Below are positions 35,341-43,648 of a stretch of DNA of 44,923 bases, piece by piece (the stretch's first letter is position 1; each line of letters opens with the position of its first letter). Under the pieces are notes generated by a model. The model had not been told where the DNA came from. It saw only the letters and a program-made list of their open reading frames with translations, and did not search any database. The position numbers were made by a program, and so were the translations under genes. The DNA comes from Minisyncoccia bacterium (GTDB lineage: Bacteria; Patescibacteriota; Minisyncoccia; Phycocordibacterales; Phycocordibacteraceae): contig JBBRPE010000001.1 in NCBI GenBank assembly GCA_038228545.1, positions 1 to 44,923 of the forward strand. The letters are read 5' to 3'.

Positions 35341-35625
35341 ATGAAGAATCAAACCAAGCTATTTGCTTTAGCGGGCATACCAGTGGCAATTATCGGGCTC
35401 ACGGCTGCAAGCATTGCATTTGCTGACTCTACAGTCCCGAGTGCGCCTGCTGCCCCCACCCAAGTAACGTCTACAGTTTCAAATTCGACAGACACTGACA
35501 CCGAGACAAACGATGATGCAAAAGTCTCAACTAGTGCATCGTCCTCGGAATCGGATTCTGACGTAGAGACCAATGGCGACGCTACTGGAGCTCAGGAAGC
35601 ACCCGGTACAGAACAGGCAGATTAA
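35341..35625 (+). CDS. Secreted acidic low-complexity protein
   Basis: Signal peptide ending AFA; repeated D.ETN.DA motif. Confidence 0.65.
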   Translation: MKNQTKLFALAGIPVAIIGLTAASIAFADSTVPSAPAAPTQVTSTVSNSTDTDTETNDDAKVSTSASSSESDSDVETNGDATGAQEAPGTEQAD

Positions 35626-35681
35626 TTACCGAACTAACCACGCCAGCGTTGCTGGCGTGGTTAGTTATAACTATTTTAAAC

Positions 35682-36917
35682 ATGCCCGCACTCATTTCAG
35701 AAGGAAGCCCAGCTACGCTTGAAAAGCTTTGGAGTAAAGTACCTGAAGTTACCCTTTTCTTCTGGATTATCAAGGTACTTTGTACCACGGTCGGTGAAAC
35801 TGCTGCTGATTTCTTGAATGTGAACCTGAATCTCGGGCTTACTGTTACTTCGGTAATTATGGGTGTGCTAACGATTGCCGCACTTTTCGTACAGTTTAAG
35901 ACGAAGAAATATACTCCCGTAGTCTATTGGTTTGCGGTGATGCTCATCAGCGTCTTCGGTACCCTCGTTACCGACAACATGAGCGACAACCTCCATATCC
36001 CACTTGAATACAGCACTATCTTCTTCACTATTTGTCTCGCGATCACCTTTGCGGTCTGGTATGCGAAGGAAAAAACACTCTCCATACACTCCATATTCAC
36101 ACGCAGACGAGAAGGATTTTACTGGCTCGCCATTCTCTTTACGTTCGCTCTTGGTACAGCGTCAGGAGACCTGATGGCAGAAAGTCTTGGATTTGGCTAC
36201 CTTACGACGGGCATTATCATCGCATCAACCATTGCTCTCTTTGCGGTGGGATGGCGACTTGGACTGAACGCTATTCTTTCGTTTTGGTTTATCTATATTC
36301 TCACTCGTCCGCTTGGAGCATCTATCGGCGACTTACTATCCCAGTCGAGCGCAAACGGTGGACTTGGTCTTGGTCCGACCACTACTACGATTATCTTCGT
36401 TGCTGGAATTATTTTCGCGGTGACCTATCTCTCCCTCAGTCAGAAAGACGTTGTGCAAAACCCTCAAGCTGAGGAAAAGCCGGACGAGAAGAAGTCGAAG
36501 AGCGCCTTTATACAACTCGCGGTAGTCATTACGCTAGTACTTATAGTTTCAGTTGGTGGATACTTCTGGCGTCACCAACAATTACAGAACGCTGTTCCGG
36601 TAACGAATACAACGGGAACGTCCACGACTATTCAAATCTCTCCTCTTGGTGACCTCTCGAACTTCGTCACCCTGTCTCAAGCAACCCTTACCGCAGTGAA
36701 TGCGAACGACTGGTCGACAGCAAACAGTCGCGTGAACGATATTGAGTCTGCGTGGGATAACGCCCAGGCTCGGTTAAAGCCGATGAACCACGCCAAGTGG
36801 ACGGAGATAGATGGCGCGCTCGATACAGTGTTCCGTGAAATACGTGCTGTACATCCGAATCAGCAAAGCTCAGCGGCAGCTCTTCAAACACTTCTAAAGA
36901 CCCTCACCACGCCATAA
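35682..36917 (+). CDS. COG4705/DUF347-repeat membrane protein with C-terminal helical domain
   Basis: SKVPEVTLFFWIIKVLCTTVGETAAD, TFALGTASGD, TRPLGASIGD. Confidence 0.88.
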   Translation: MPALISEGSPATLEKLWSKVPEVTLFFWIIKVLCTTVGETAADFLNVNLNLGLTVTSVIMGVLTIAALFVQFKTKKYTPVVYWFAVMLISVFGTLVTDNMSDNLHIPLEYSTIFFTICLAITFAVWYAKEKTLSIHSIFTRRREGFYWLAILFTFALGTASGDLMAESLGFGYLTTGIIIASTIALFAVGWRLGLNAILSFWFIYILTRPLGASIGDLLSQSSANGGLGLGPTTTTIIFVAGIIFAVTYLSLSQKDVVQNPQAEEKPDEKKSKSAFIQLAVVITLVLIVSVGGYFWRHQQLQNAVPVTNTTGTSTTIQISPLGDLSNFVTLSQATLTAVNANDWSTANSRVNDIESAWDNAQARLKPMNHAKWTEIDGALDTVFREIRAVHPNQQSSAAALQTLLKTLTTP

Positions 36918-36934
36918 TCACGTAAGATAGGTAC

Positions 36935-37690
36935 ATGCAACGAAGACACCCGTTAGCGAAGGTGCCGGAAATTACCCTGTATTTCTGGATAATTAAAATT
37001 CTCACTACAGGGATGGGTGAAACGACTTCGGATTTTCTTGCTCATGCTCTCAATCCGATAGTCGCAGTGCTTATCGGCGCTTGCGGACTCGTTGTCGCTC
37101 TTATTCTTCAGTTCGGCGTTCGGCGCTATGTGCCCTGGGTGTACTGGCTCGCGGTTGTTATGGTCAGTATCTTCGGCACTATGGCTGCAGACATTCTGCA
37201 TGTGGGCTTCGGGATTCCGTACCTCGTTTCAAGTATTTTCTATGGAATCGTACTCGGAATCATATTCTTATTTTGGTATCTTCGAGAGAAGACTCTTTCG
37301 ATTCACAGTATCTACACCAAACATCGTGAGGCCTTTTATTGGGCGACTGTACTAGCAACATTTGCACTTGGCACTGCCGTTGGTGACATGACAGCCGTCA
37401 CACTTCATCTTGGGTATCTTGCATCGGGTGTACTATTTGCAATCGTATTTATCGTGCCACTCATCGCATATCTACGTTTTGGTGTAAACGAGGTCTTCAC
37501 TTTTTGGGTAGCCTATATAGCCACACGTCCTCTAGGAGCTTCTTTTGCCGACTGGATGGGTGTGTCCGCTGCACGCGGTGGGCTTGGCTGGGGTACAGGG
37601 CCTGTGAGTATTGCTTTAGCAGTAGTGATCGCCGCTTTCGTAGCGTATTTGATGGTCACGCGAAAAGATGTTGAGCGACTCAGGACTTAG
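36935..37690 (+). CDS. COG4705/DUF347-repeat membrane protein (paralog)
   Basis: KVPEITLYFWIIKILTTGMGETTSD, TFALGTAVGD, TRPLGASFAD. Confidence 0.88.
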   Translation: MQRRHPLAKVPEITLYFWIIKILTTGMGETTSDFLAHALNPIVAVLIGACGLVVALILQFGVRRYVPWVYWLAVVMVSIFGTMAADILHVGFGIPYLVSSIFYGIVLGIIFLFWYLREKTLSIHSIYTKHREAFYWATVLATFALGTAVGDMTAVTLHLGYLASGVLFAIVFIVPLIAYLRFGVNEVFTFWVAYIATRPLGASFADWMGVSAARGGLGWGTGPVSIALAVVIAAFVAYLMVTRKDVERLRT

Positions 37691-37701
37691 GAGTAGTCAC
37701 C

Positions 37702-37758
37702 ACTACCGTCCAGCAAGTGGAGCACGAAGAAAGCCTTCTGTAAGACTCTTTCTTCGTG
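37702..37758. repeat. Type III junction copy 2 with hairpin
   Basis: ACTACCGTCCAGCAAGTGGAGCA then CACGAAGAAAG...CTTTCTTCGTG; minus strand LHLLDGSGDYS*. Confidence 0.6.
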
Positions 37759-37780
37759 AGCCATACGGTTTGAGTAGGAA

Positions 37781-38500
37781 TTATTTTCCCATACGCTGTG
37801 CACGTTCTTGAAGTGCGTCCTCGATCGCCTTCTCAGTTTCCGCATAACCTCCCTCCCCTATCTGATCGTGTGTGATATATCCATCGATATTTATTACGTA
37901 CGTGTGTGGCCAGAATTGATTAGCATATGCATTCCAGGTCTGGTACTCATTGTCTTGTACCACCGGATATTCAATGCCGTATTTTTTGAGTGCGTCTGCG
38001 ACATTTGCAGTCACATGCTCATAGGAGAACTCAGGAGTATGCACCCCGATAACCACAAGTCCCTGGTCCTTATATTTTGCATACCAGGAAGTTACATAGG
38101 GAAGCGTACGCTCACAATTTATACAGCTGTACGTCCAGAACTCGAGCACGACAACGTTGTGGCCACGATACTGCGCAAGTGTTATGGCCTTTCCGTCTGT
38201 ATTGAGGTACCCATCGGGCGACACGAACTCGTGTGCCAACTTATACGTAGTTGTCTTTTGTACTGACACGCTTGTTGGTGTGGTCGCTACAGTAGCTACT
38301 CGTGCTACCGGCTTTTGCTCAATTTCGGGCTTGGTAGATGAAGATGTGGTCATGGCATCTTCACTAACCTCAGAAATTGTCTTGGCAGGTGGAGACTGTG
38401 TAATAGGATTCGCGGTCGCGGGTCTGGCACGACTATACATATAGAATCCCGCAACAATGAGCACCCCTAAGACGATTAAAAGTACTGGTAGTAGTTTCAT
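37781..38500 (-). CDS. Membrane-anchored thioredoxin-like (DipZ-type redoxin) protein
   Basis: EFWTYSCINC, GVHTPEF, NQFWP, IGEGGY. Confidence 0.9.
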   Translation of the reverse strand: MKLLPVLLIVLGVLIVAGFYMYSRARPATANPITQSPPAKTISEVSEDAMTTSSSTKPEIEQKPVARVATVATTPTSVSVQKTTTYKLAHEFVSPDGYLNTDGKAITLAQYRGHNVVVLEFWTYSCINCERTLPYVTSWYAKYKDQGLVVIGVHTPEFSYEHVTANVADALKKYGIEYPVVQDNEYQTWNAYANQFWPHTYVINIDGYITHDQIGEGGYAETEKAIEDALQERAQRMGK

Positions 38501-38618
38501 AGAGAGTTAAGTACTGTATCGAGTGTATTCGGCTATGTGTACAATGTAAAGTACTCTTTACATTGTAGGTGGGGAGAATCAAACCTGTCTTGGCGTGTTG
38601 ATTGCTCTCTGATTACCG

Positions 38619-39179
38619 TTAGACAACCTCAGAAAAGGAATGAACAACTGGCCATCGACCAAGACCCGGATTACCGTCACGACGCATTTCTATGATGCGC
38701 ATGGAAGGACACCACTCCGCAACCGATTCAAGCTGGAAATGCGCGTCGTCCACAAAGGTGCAGTCATCCTTCGACTCCTGACATAATCGTCGTATAGTCC
38801 TACCCTTCTTGCGACTGGTGTACTCAATATGCAAATTAGGAAATGCCGAGAGTGCTGAAACAACCTTTGCAGTAATGAACGCACGGACTCCATAGGTAAC
38901 GATAGTGCAGTCGTGTGTCTGTAAAAATACAACCGCATCCGGATATAAGAATTCTTGTAATTCTTCGGGCGTAAATGCAAAGCGACCATGACTGAGGAAT
39001 GTGCCCCACGTGCGCATGAAGTGACGACGACGCGACGTATCGGTACTAGGACGAAAGAACTCAACGAGTGCATCCTTGAGTTGACCAATAACAATAAGCA
39101 CGGGCGGTCGCTTTGCGACCGCTTTCTTAAAAGCCACAGTGTCAAACACCGTTCTATCGAAATCAAGAAAGTATTTCAT
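38619..39179 (-). CDS. HAD-superfamily hydrolase
   Basis: FLDFDRTVFDT motif I, IVTYG, FVDD motif IV. Confidence 0.8.
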   Translation of the reverse strand: MKYFLDFDRTVFDTVAFKKAVAKRPPVLIVIGQLKDALVEFFRPSTDTSRRRHFMRTWGTFLSHGRFAFTPEELQEFLYPDAVVFLQTHDCTIVTYGVRAFITAKVVSALSAFPNLHIEYTSRKKGRTIRRLCQESKDDCTFVDDAHFQLESVAEWCPSMRIIEMRRDGNPGLGRWPVVHSFSEVV

Positions 39180-40068
39180 CAGGAAGAGGCACGAGCACTC
39201 TAAACGCATCAGTAATGAAAGAGACTTTTGCTTTTCTCCCTACACTAACGCTTTCACCGTCAAGAATAAGTGGAATCGCGTGGTTGGCTGATACGGTCAC
39301 ATGGTCGGTGCGCACCACAGCGACATTTTTATTCTCTTGCCATGCCCCGAAGGCCGCTGCGCTAGCGAGACCGAGCAACTCTCCCGCATGATCGACGTCT
39401 ATTATTGCGGCTTCAAAGACAGTCCTATTTTCTTCGAGACTGCGTGAGACGAGTGGACAGGTAACAATAAGCACTTCAGTCATACCGGCATGCATCTCAT
39501 TGAACGTGTACCGAATTTTATTGGCGAACATATGCCCGAGAGCTTTCTTGGCGTTCTTGAATGCATCACTCACATTCAAGTGTCGTAACGACTCGCGCAC
39601 ATCTGCCCAAAGTGCGGGAGAACCGAAAATCCCGGAGATGAAGAAGCGTTCACCATTAACCTCCCCGCCTGAAACTGATTTTTCATGTGGGCGTGTAAGA
39701 GTTGCTCGCAGAGCATCTTTCCAATCCAACTCACCATACAGAGCCTTTGGTAGTACATTCATAGTCCCCCCGGGAAGTGGTATGAGAAGCGGACTAGTAG
39801 CTCGTGCTCTGCTTGCTGCGGTGCGTATTGTTCCGTCGCCCCCAAGCACAATGAGGACATCCAGAGATTTCGTATCCGATTCCTTGAATGCTTCTTCAAT
39901 ACCTGAGGAATCTATGCACCAGAGATGCACAGGTGTAATGCCGAATTCAGCCAGCACTGCAGTCATCTCCCCTGCCGAGCTTTCTGTACTGCTACCGCTT
40001 GCTGTATTTATAAGTACACCGACATCCCAGTCGACTTTCTTCCCGGGTGGTGTAGCGGCGTCTTGCAT
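39163..40068 (-). CDS. Diacylglycerol/lipid kinase family protein
   Basis: NTASG, LGGDGT, LPGGTMN, LDGE. Confidence 0.9.
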   Translation of the reverse strand: MQDAATPPGKKVDWDVGVLINTASGSSTESSAGEMTAVLAEFGITPVHLWCIDSSGIEEAFKESDTKSLDVLIVLGGDGTIRTAASRARATSPLLIPLPGGTMNVLPKALYGELDWKDALRATLTRPHEKSVSGGEVNGERFFISGIFGSPALWADVRESLRHLNVSDAFKNAKKALGHMFANKIRYTFNEMHAGMTEVLIVTCPLVSRSLEENRTVFEAAIIDVDHAGELLGLASAAAFGAWQENKNVAVVRTDHVTVSANHAIPLILDGESVSVGRKAKVSFITDAFRVLVPLPDEILS

Positions 40069-40173
40069 GTCGCCTTACCCTACCATCTTTACCTGAAGAA
40101 ATTCTGAAGCACCCTGCACCAAGCATTTTCTGCAGATGCGTAGTATTCTATACACACCTACTAACACAGACAT

Positions 40174-40287
40174 ATGGTAAAGAATGGACATGGAGTAAGT
40201 TCGAAGAACCGCCCGAAATCACCCCCAAAGACGAAGAAGCGCCTTGCGGTAAAGAAAGCGGCGCAAGCAGCCCGCGCCAAGAAATAG
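40174..40287 (+). CDS. Small very basic protein (37 aa, not in ORF track)
   Basis: MVKNGHGVSSKNRPKSPPKTKKRLAVKKAAQAARAKK*; strong terminator follows. Confidence 0.5.
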   Translation: MVKNGHGVSSKNRPKSPPKTKKRLAVKKAAQAARAKK

Positions 40288-40296
40288 CTGACCACA

Positions 40297-40337
40297 AACT
40301 GAAAGCCCGCCTTACAAAAAGGCGGGCTTTCAGTTTG
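40297..40337 (+). terminator. Intrinsic terminator
   Basis: AAACTGAAAGCCCGCCTT...AAGGCGGGCTTTCAGTTT. Confidence 0.85.
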
Positions 40338-40415
40338 TATGAAGGATTCATTTTTCTATTGCGATTCACGCCACTTGTAGTAGTCTTCGTCACGAGCACA
40401 GCACAGGAGGAGCTC

Positions 40416-40991
40416 ATGATCTACCAAGAGATGATTGACTTCCTCCGAGAGGGGGGAATAGACACGGAAACGTTCGACAACCGAGGAGCCAAGACACTCA
40501 AAGACCTGTTCATCGAAATACAGAGTCGAGAAGTTGACCTTATGCTGCGACTACATGAACAAAAGATGCGTCCGGCTCGATTCGCAAAGAGCAGCAAGGT
40601 GTTGATTCGAACCAAAGCGGAATGCTTGGTGGAGACTCATCGAATATACCCAAACGGTCTACGTGTGGAGAAAACAATTGGCGGGACAAATGGTTCCCTC
40701 CCCTCACGGTGGACCGTGAGCGAAACCGCGACGAAGGACGAGACACCGCTTCAAACTATCCTTCGGGGCTTGTGGCAGGAGTTGAAGTTTGATTTGATGT
40801 CTCCGAAAGAACTTCTTCGAGTTCCTCCACACACCCTGTTCGATGTTCACGAATCGAGCGTCTATCCGGGACTACTTACGGTGAATCTTACGACCTGGTT
40901 CGAATGGCTCATCAAAGAACGTTTCGGAGATGACACTATGGTCATTGAGGACTATGGAGTCTTCAATCACCTGGCGTGGATACCCTACTGA
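40416..40991 (+). CDS. Hypothetical protein with degenerate Nudix-like box
   Basis: AGGAGG RBS before ATG 40416; DETPLQTILRGLWQEL resembles the Nudix helix. Confidence 0.6.
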   Translation: MIYQEMIDFLREGGIDTETFDNRGAKTLKDLFIEIQSREVDLMLRLHEQKMRPARFAKSSKVLIRTKAECLVETHRIYPNGLRVEKTIGGTNGSLPSRWTVSETATKDETPLQTILRGLWQELKFDLMSPKELLRVPPHTLFDVHESSVYPGLLTVNLTTWFEWLIKERFGDDTMVIEDYGVFNHLAWIPY

Positions 40992-41098
40992 CAGCGGCAG
41001 ACCCCCACCAGGGCCTGCCGCTTCTGCTGTATGGCGTCGTGTCGAGCTATTCATGTGCGCTTCATGTAGGAATGATACTGTTCGTCATATAAAGACAT

Positions 41099-43165
41099 AT
41101 GTCTGATTACCTTGCTAAGCCCACCCTCACTTTCCCTTTTCCTTTATCCAAACGACAGTGGTGGGTTTTGGGAATTGTGTTTATCTCGTATTCGACCGTC
41201 ATGTTTTTTTCCACGACGTTCGTGCCGACTCCAAGCCTCCTCTTTCCAGCTGAGGCGATTGCTATTGCCGCTCTATTTCTTGAGGGTTTATGGCTGTGGC
41301 CGATTATAGTTGTAGCTTCTTTTGTCGGAGGCCTCGTCGCGCACGTCTCGCCAATATCCTTATCTCTACTACCTCTTGCGGACGCGCTACAAGCACTAGT
41401 CGCCGCCTACCTATTGAAGAAGGTGAAAGTTGACCCTCTTTTTCGAAGAGCGTACGACATTTTCTGGCTGTTCGGCATCATCTTTGCTGTATCCATTATC
41501 GTCCCCACTGTCCGAACCATATCTTATGCATTCACTACCACGCTTTCGGAAGTCCCTGTCCCTGCGATATCCTGGGGCGCTCAGTACACAGCGAATGTCT
41601 TCTGCCTACTTATTTTCCTTCCTTTTCTTTTGCGCTGGCTCAGCAAGGTACGTTTCCGCAGGTCTATTCCTGAGATTGCGGAACTATTCCTTATATTCGC
41701 TCTTCTTACCTGGATTGATTACAGTGTTTTTATTGCTGGAATAGTGGCTCTTGGTCCGATTCCGATGGTCTACATACTACTGTTTCCGCTATTTTGGATT
41801 GCACTTAGATTGCGTCCACGTTTTGTGACACTGGCCCTCGTCATAACTTCCCTATTCGGAATAGCGAGTCTATTTGAACGTGACACAGTTACGCCAACTG
41901 TCTTTAGTGCACACCTTTTTGAGATGCAGGTATTCCTCTCATCACTGGCTTTCATTTTTTTTATCATCGCTTCACTTGAGGAAAGTCGTCGTCTTAGTGC
42001 AAATCTTCTTCGTATGCAAGTCGCAACTCTCGAGAATGCCGTTACCCGAGTCTCGCAAGAGGCTAAGGCGAAGAATGATTTCATCGCAGTCCTTGCACAC
42101 GAGCTTCGCAATCCACTTGCGCCAATTGCAAGCGCCATAGATTTACTTCGCCTCACACCGGATAGAAAAAAAGACGAAATGGAGACACTCGAAATGATGG
42201 AAGACCGCATGCACAGCATACGTAGAATTCTCGACGACCTTCTCGATGTCTCAAGAATTACGGAGGGAAAGATCACACTTCGGAAAGAAGCAGTGGACCT
42301 TAAGACGACGATTCGAAATGCGGTCGTTTCAACGGAACATCATTTTACAGAACGGCACCAACCCCTAACGGCAAACGTTCCCGGAAAGCCGGTCGTCGTA
42401 ACGGGGGATCGCGTTAGACTCGAACAAATCATATGTAATCTTCTTACGAACGCATCTAAATATTCTGACCCCGGAGATAGAGTGTTTTTAAAACTTACGA
42501 CCGATGCCGACTATGCAACTCTGCAGGTACAAGACGAGGGATTGGGTATTGCGTCGGAAAATCTGGAAGAGATTTTCGTGCCCTTTCATCAAATAGATAA
42601 CGGCGCCCGAAGTAGACGCGGTATCGGTATCGGACTTTCACTTGTACGAAACTTTGTGGAACTGCATGGAGGTACGGTCAAAGCGGAAAGTAAGGGACCA
42701 GGTCACGGTAGTATACTCACCGTTGTTCTCCCGCTTTCCTCTGACCAGCACTCGGCAGTAGTGGGGCGAGCAATGCCCTCGTTGAAGAGCCAGAAGCGCA
42801 GTGCAGATGTCGGTCCGACAGTACTTGTTGTTGATGACAACGACGCTGCCGCGTGGGGAATCGGTAAACTGCTTGAAGTACGGGGATGCGTCGTTGACTA
42901 TGCTTATAGCGCTCAACAAGCGATAGAGTGTGCGATTCGACTTTCTCCTGATGTCATTTTACTGGACCTCGGTCTTCCCGATCTTGACGGGTACGCAACA
43001 GCCAAAACAATGCGTGCCCGCGGCTATCGGGGAAAATTGGTAGCGCTCACCGGATGGAGCGGAGAGGAGTCCCGATTGAAGGTGCGCGAGTCGGGGTTTG
43101 AAGGCTATATCGTCAAGCCCGCAGGTCTCGCTGATTTGAAGCGAGTAATTCCTGAAATTGCGTAG
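41099..43165 (+). CDS. Hybrid sensor histidine kinase (MASE1-like TM domain, HisKA, HATPase, receiver)
   Basis: LAHELRNPL, NLLTNASKY, DEGLGI, GIGIGL, VLVVDD, LLDLGLP, IVKP. Confidence 0.93.
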   Translation: MSDYLAKPTLTFPFPLSKRQWWVLGIVFISYSTVMFFSTTFVPTPSLLFPAEAIAIAALFLEGLWLWPIIVVASFVGGLVAHVSPISLSLLPLADALQALVAAYLLKKVKVDPLFRRAYDIFWLFGIIFAVSIIVPTVRTISYAFTTTLSEVPVPAISWGAQYTANVFCLLIFLPFLLRWLSKVRFRRSIPEIAELFLIFALLTWIDYSVFIAGIVALGPIPMVYILLFPLFWIALRLRPRFVTLALVITSLFGIASLFERDTVTPTVFSAHLFEMQVFLSSLAFIFFIIASLEESRRLSANLLRMQVATLENAVTRVSQEAKAKNDFIAVLAHELRNPLAPIASAIDLLRLTPDRKKDEMETLEMMEDRMHSIRRILDDLLDVSRITEGKITLRKEAVDLKTTIRNAVVSTEHHFTERHQPLTANVPGKPVVVTGDRVRLEQIICNLLTNASKYSDPGDRVFLKLTTDADYATLQVQDEGLGIASENLEEIFVPFHQIDNGARSRRGIGIGLSLVRNFVELHGGTVKAESKGPGHGSILTVVLPLSSDQHSAVVGRAMPSLKSQKRSADVGPTVLVVDDNDAAAWGIGKLLEVRGCVVDYAYSAQQAIECAIRLSPDVILLDLGLPDLDGYATAKTMRARGYRGKLVALTGWSGEESRLKVRESGFEGYIVKPAGLADLKRVIPEIA

Positions 43166-43225
43166 CATGAACTCGACAATGCCCTTCATACAAATCCTCA
43201 TACCTATTCGTTACACTATGTATCT

Positions 43226-43603
43226 ATGGATGCTCCTCCGTTACTCAAACGAATAGTAGTCACAGACGATAACCGCCCTGCCGCCGACGGGATGGTACGA
43301 CTTTTGAATGCTCTCGGATTTGATGCTCGGCCGGTGTATTCAGGAAACGATCTTCTTTCCACGCTTGCGCTCGGAGGCACAGATTTGGCATTGATAGATA
43401 TTGGTATGCCGGAAATGGACGGCTATGAAGTCGCGCGAGAAATCAGGAAACGTGGCTATATGTTGCCTATCATTGCGCTCACTGGCTATGGATTGCCGGA
43501 AGATAAGGAAAAAGCTGAAAAAGCAGGTTTTACACGCCATCTTACAAAACCAGCGGGGGCGAGTGATTTACGCACCGCACTCGAGGAACTTTTATCTAAT
43601 TAA
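43226..43603 (+). CDS. Single-domain response regulator
   Basis: VVTDDN, LIDIGMPEMDG, ALTG, LTKP. Confidence 0.93.
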   Translation: MDAPPLLKRIVVTDDNRPAADGMVRLLNALGFDARPVYSGNDLLSTLALGGTDLALIDIGMPEMDGYEVAREIRKRGYMLPIIALTGYGLPEDKEKAEKAGFTRHLTKPAGASDLRTALEELLSN

Positions 43604-43648
43604 CAGGTTCGCTTCTTCCCTATCCGCTTCTGGGCCATACTAAGGGAA

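Larger units (their letters stand above)
25354..37760. mobile_element. tRNA-Asn-anchored cassette array / tandem integration island
   Basis: Unrelated cargo genes separated by at least 11 recurrent junctions ending in tRNA-3'-end-like sequence; no integrase inside. Confidence 0.7.

Noticed and set aside
25354-37760. CRISPR array or classical integron interpretation of the repeats
   Set aside because: Repeats are degenerate and separated by gene-sized, irregular intervals; no cas or intI gene and no recognisable RYYYAAC/GTTRRRY attC ends.
38540-38587. Palindrome TACAATGTAAAG/CTTTACATTGTA next to a minus-strand CAGGTTTGATTCTCCCC T-arm-like stretch
   Set aside because: No complete tRNA and orientation is opposite to the array; could be a simple terminator or operator.
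43601-43626. AACAGGTTCG as a further type II junction
   Set aside because: Match is only ~10 bp and lacks the GCGGAG core and hairpin.
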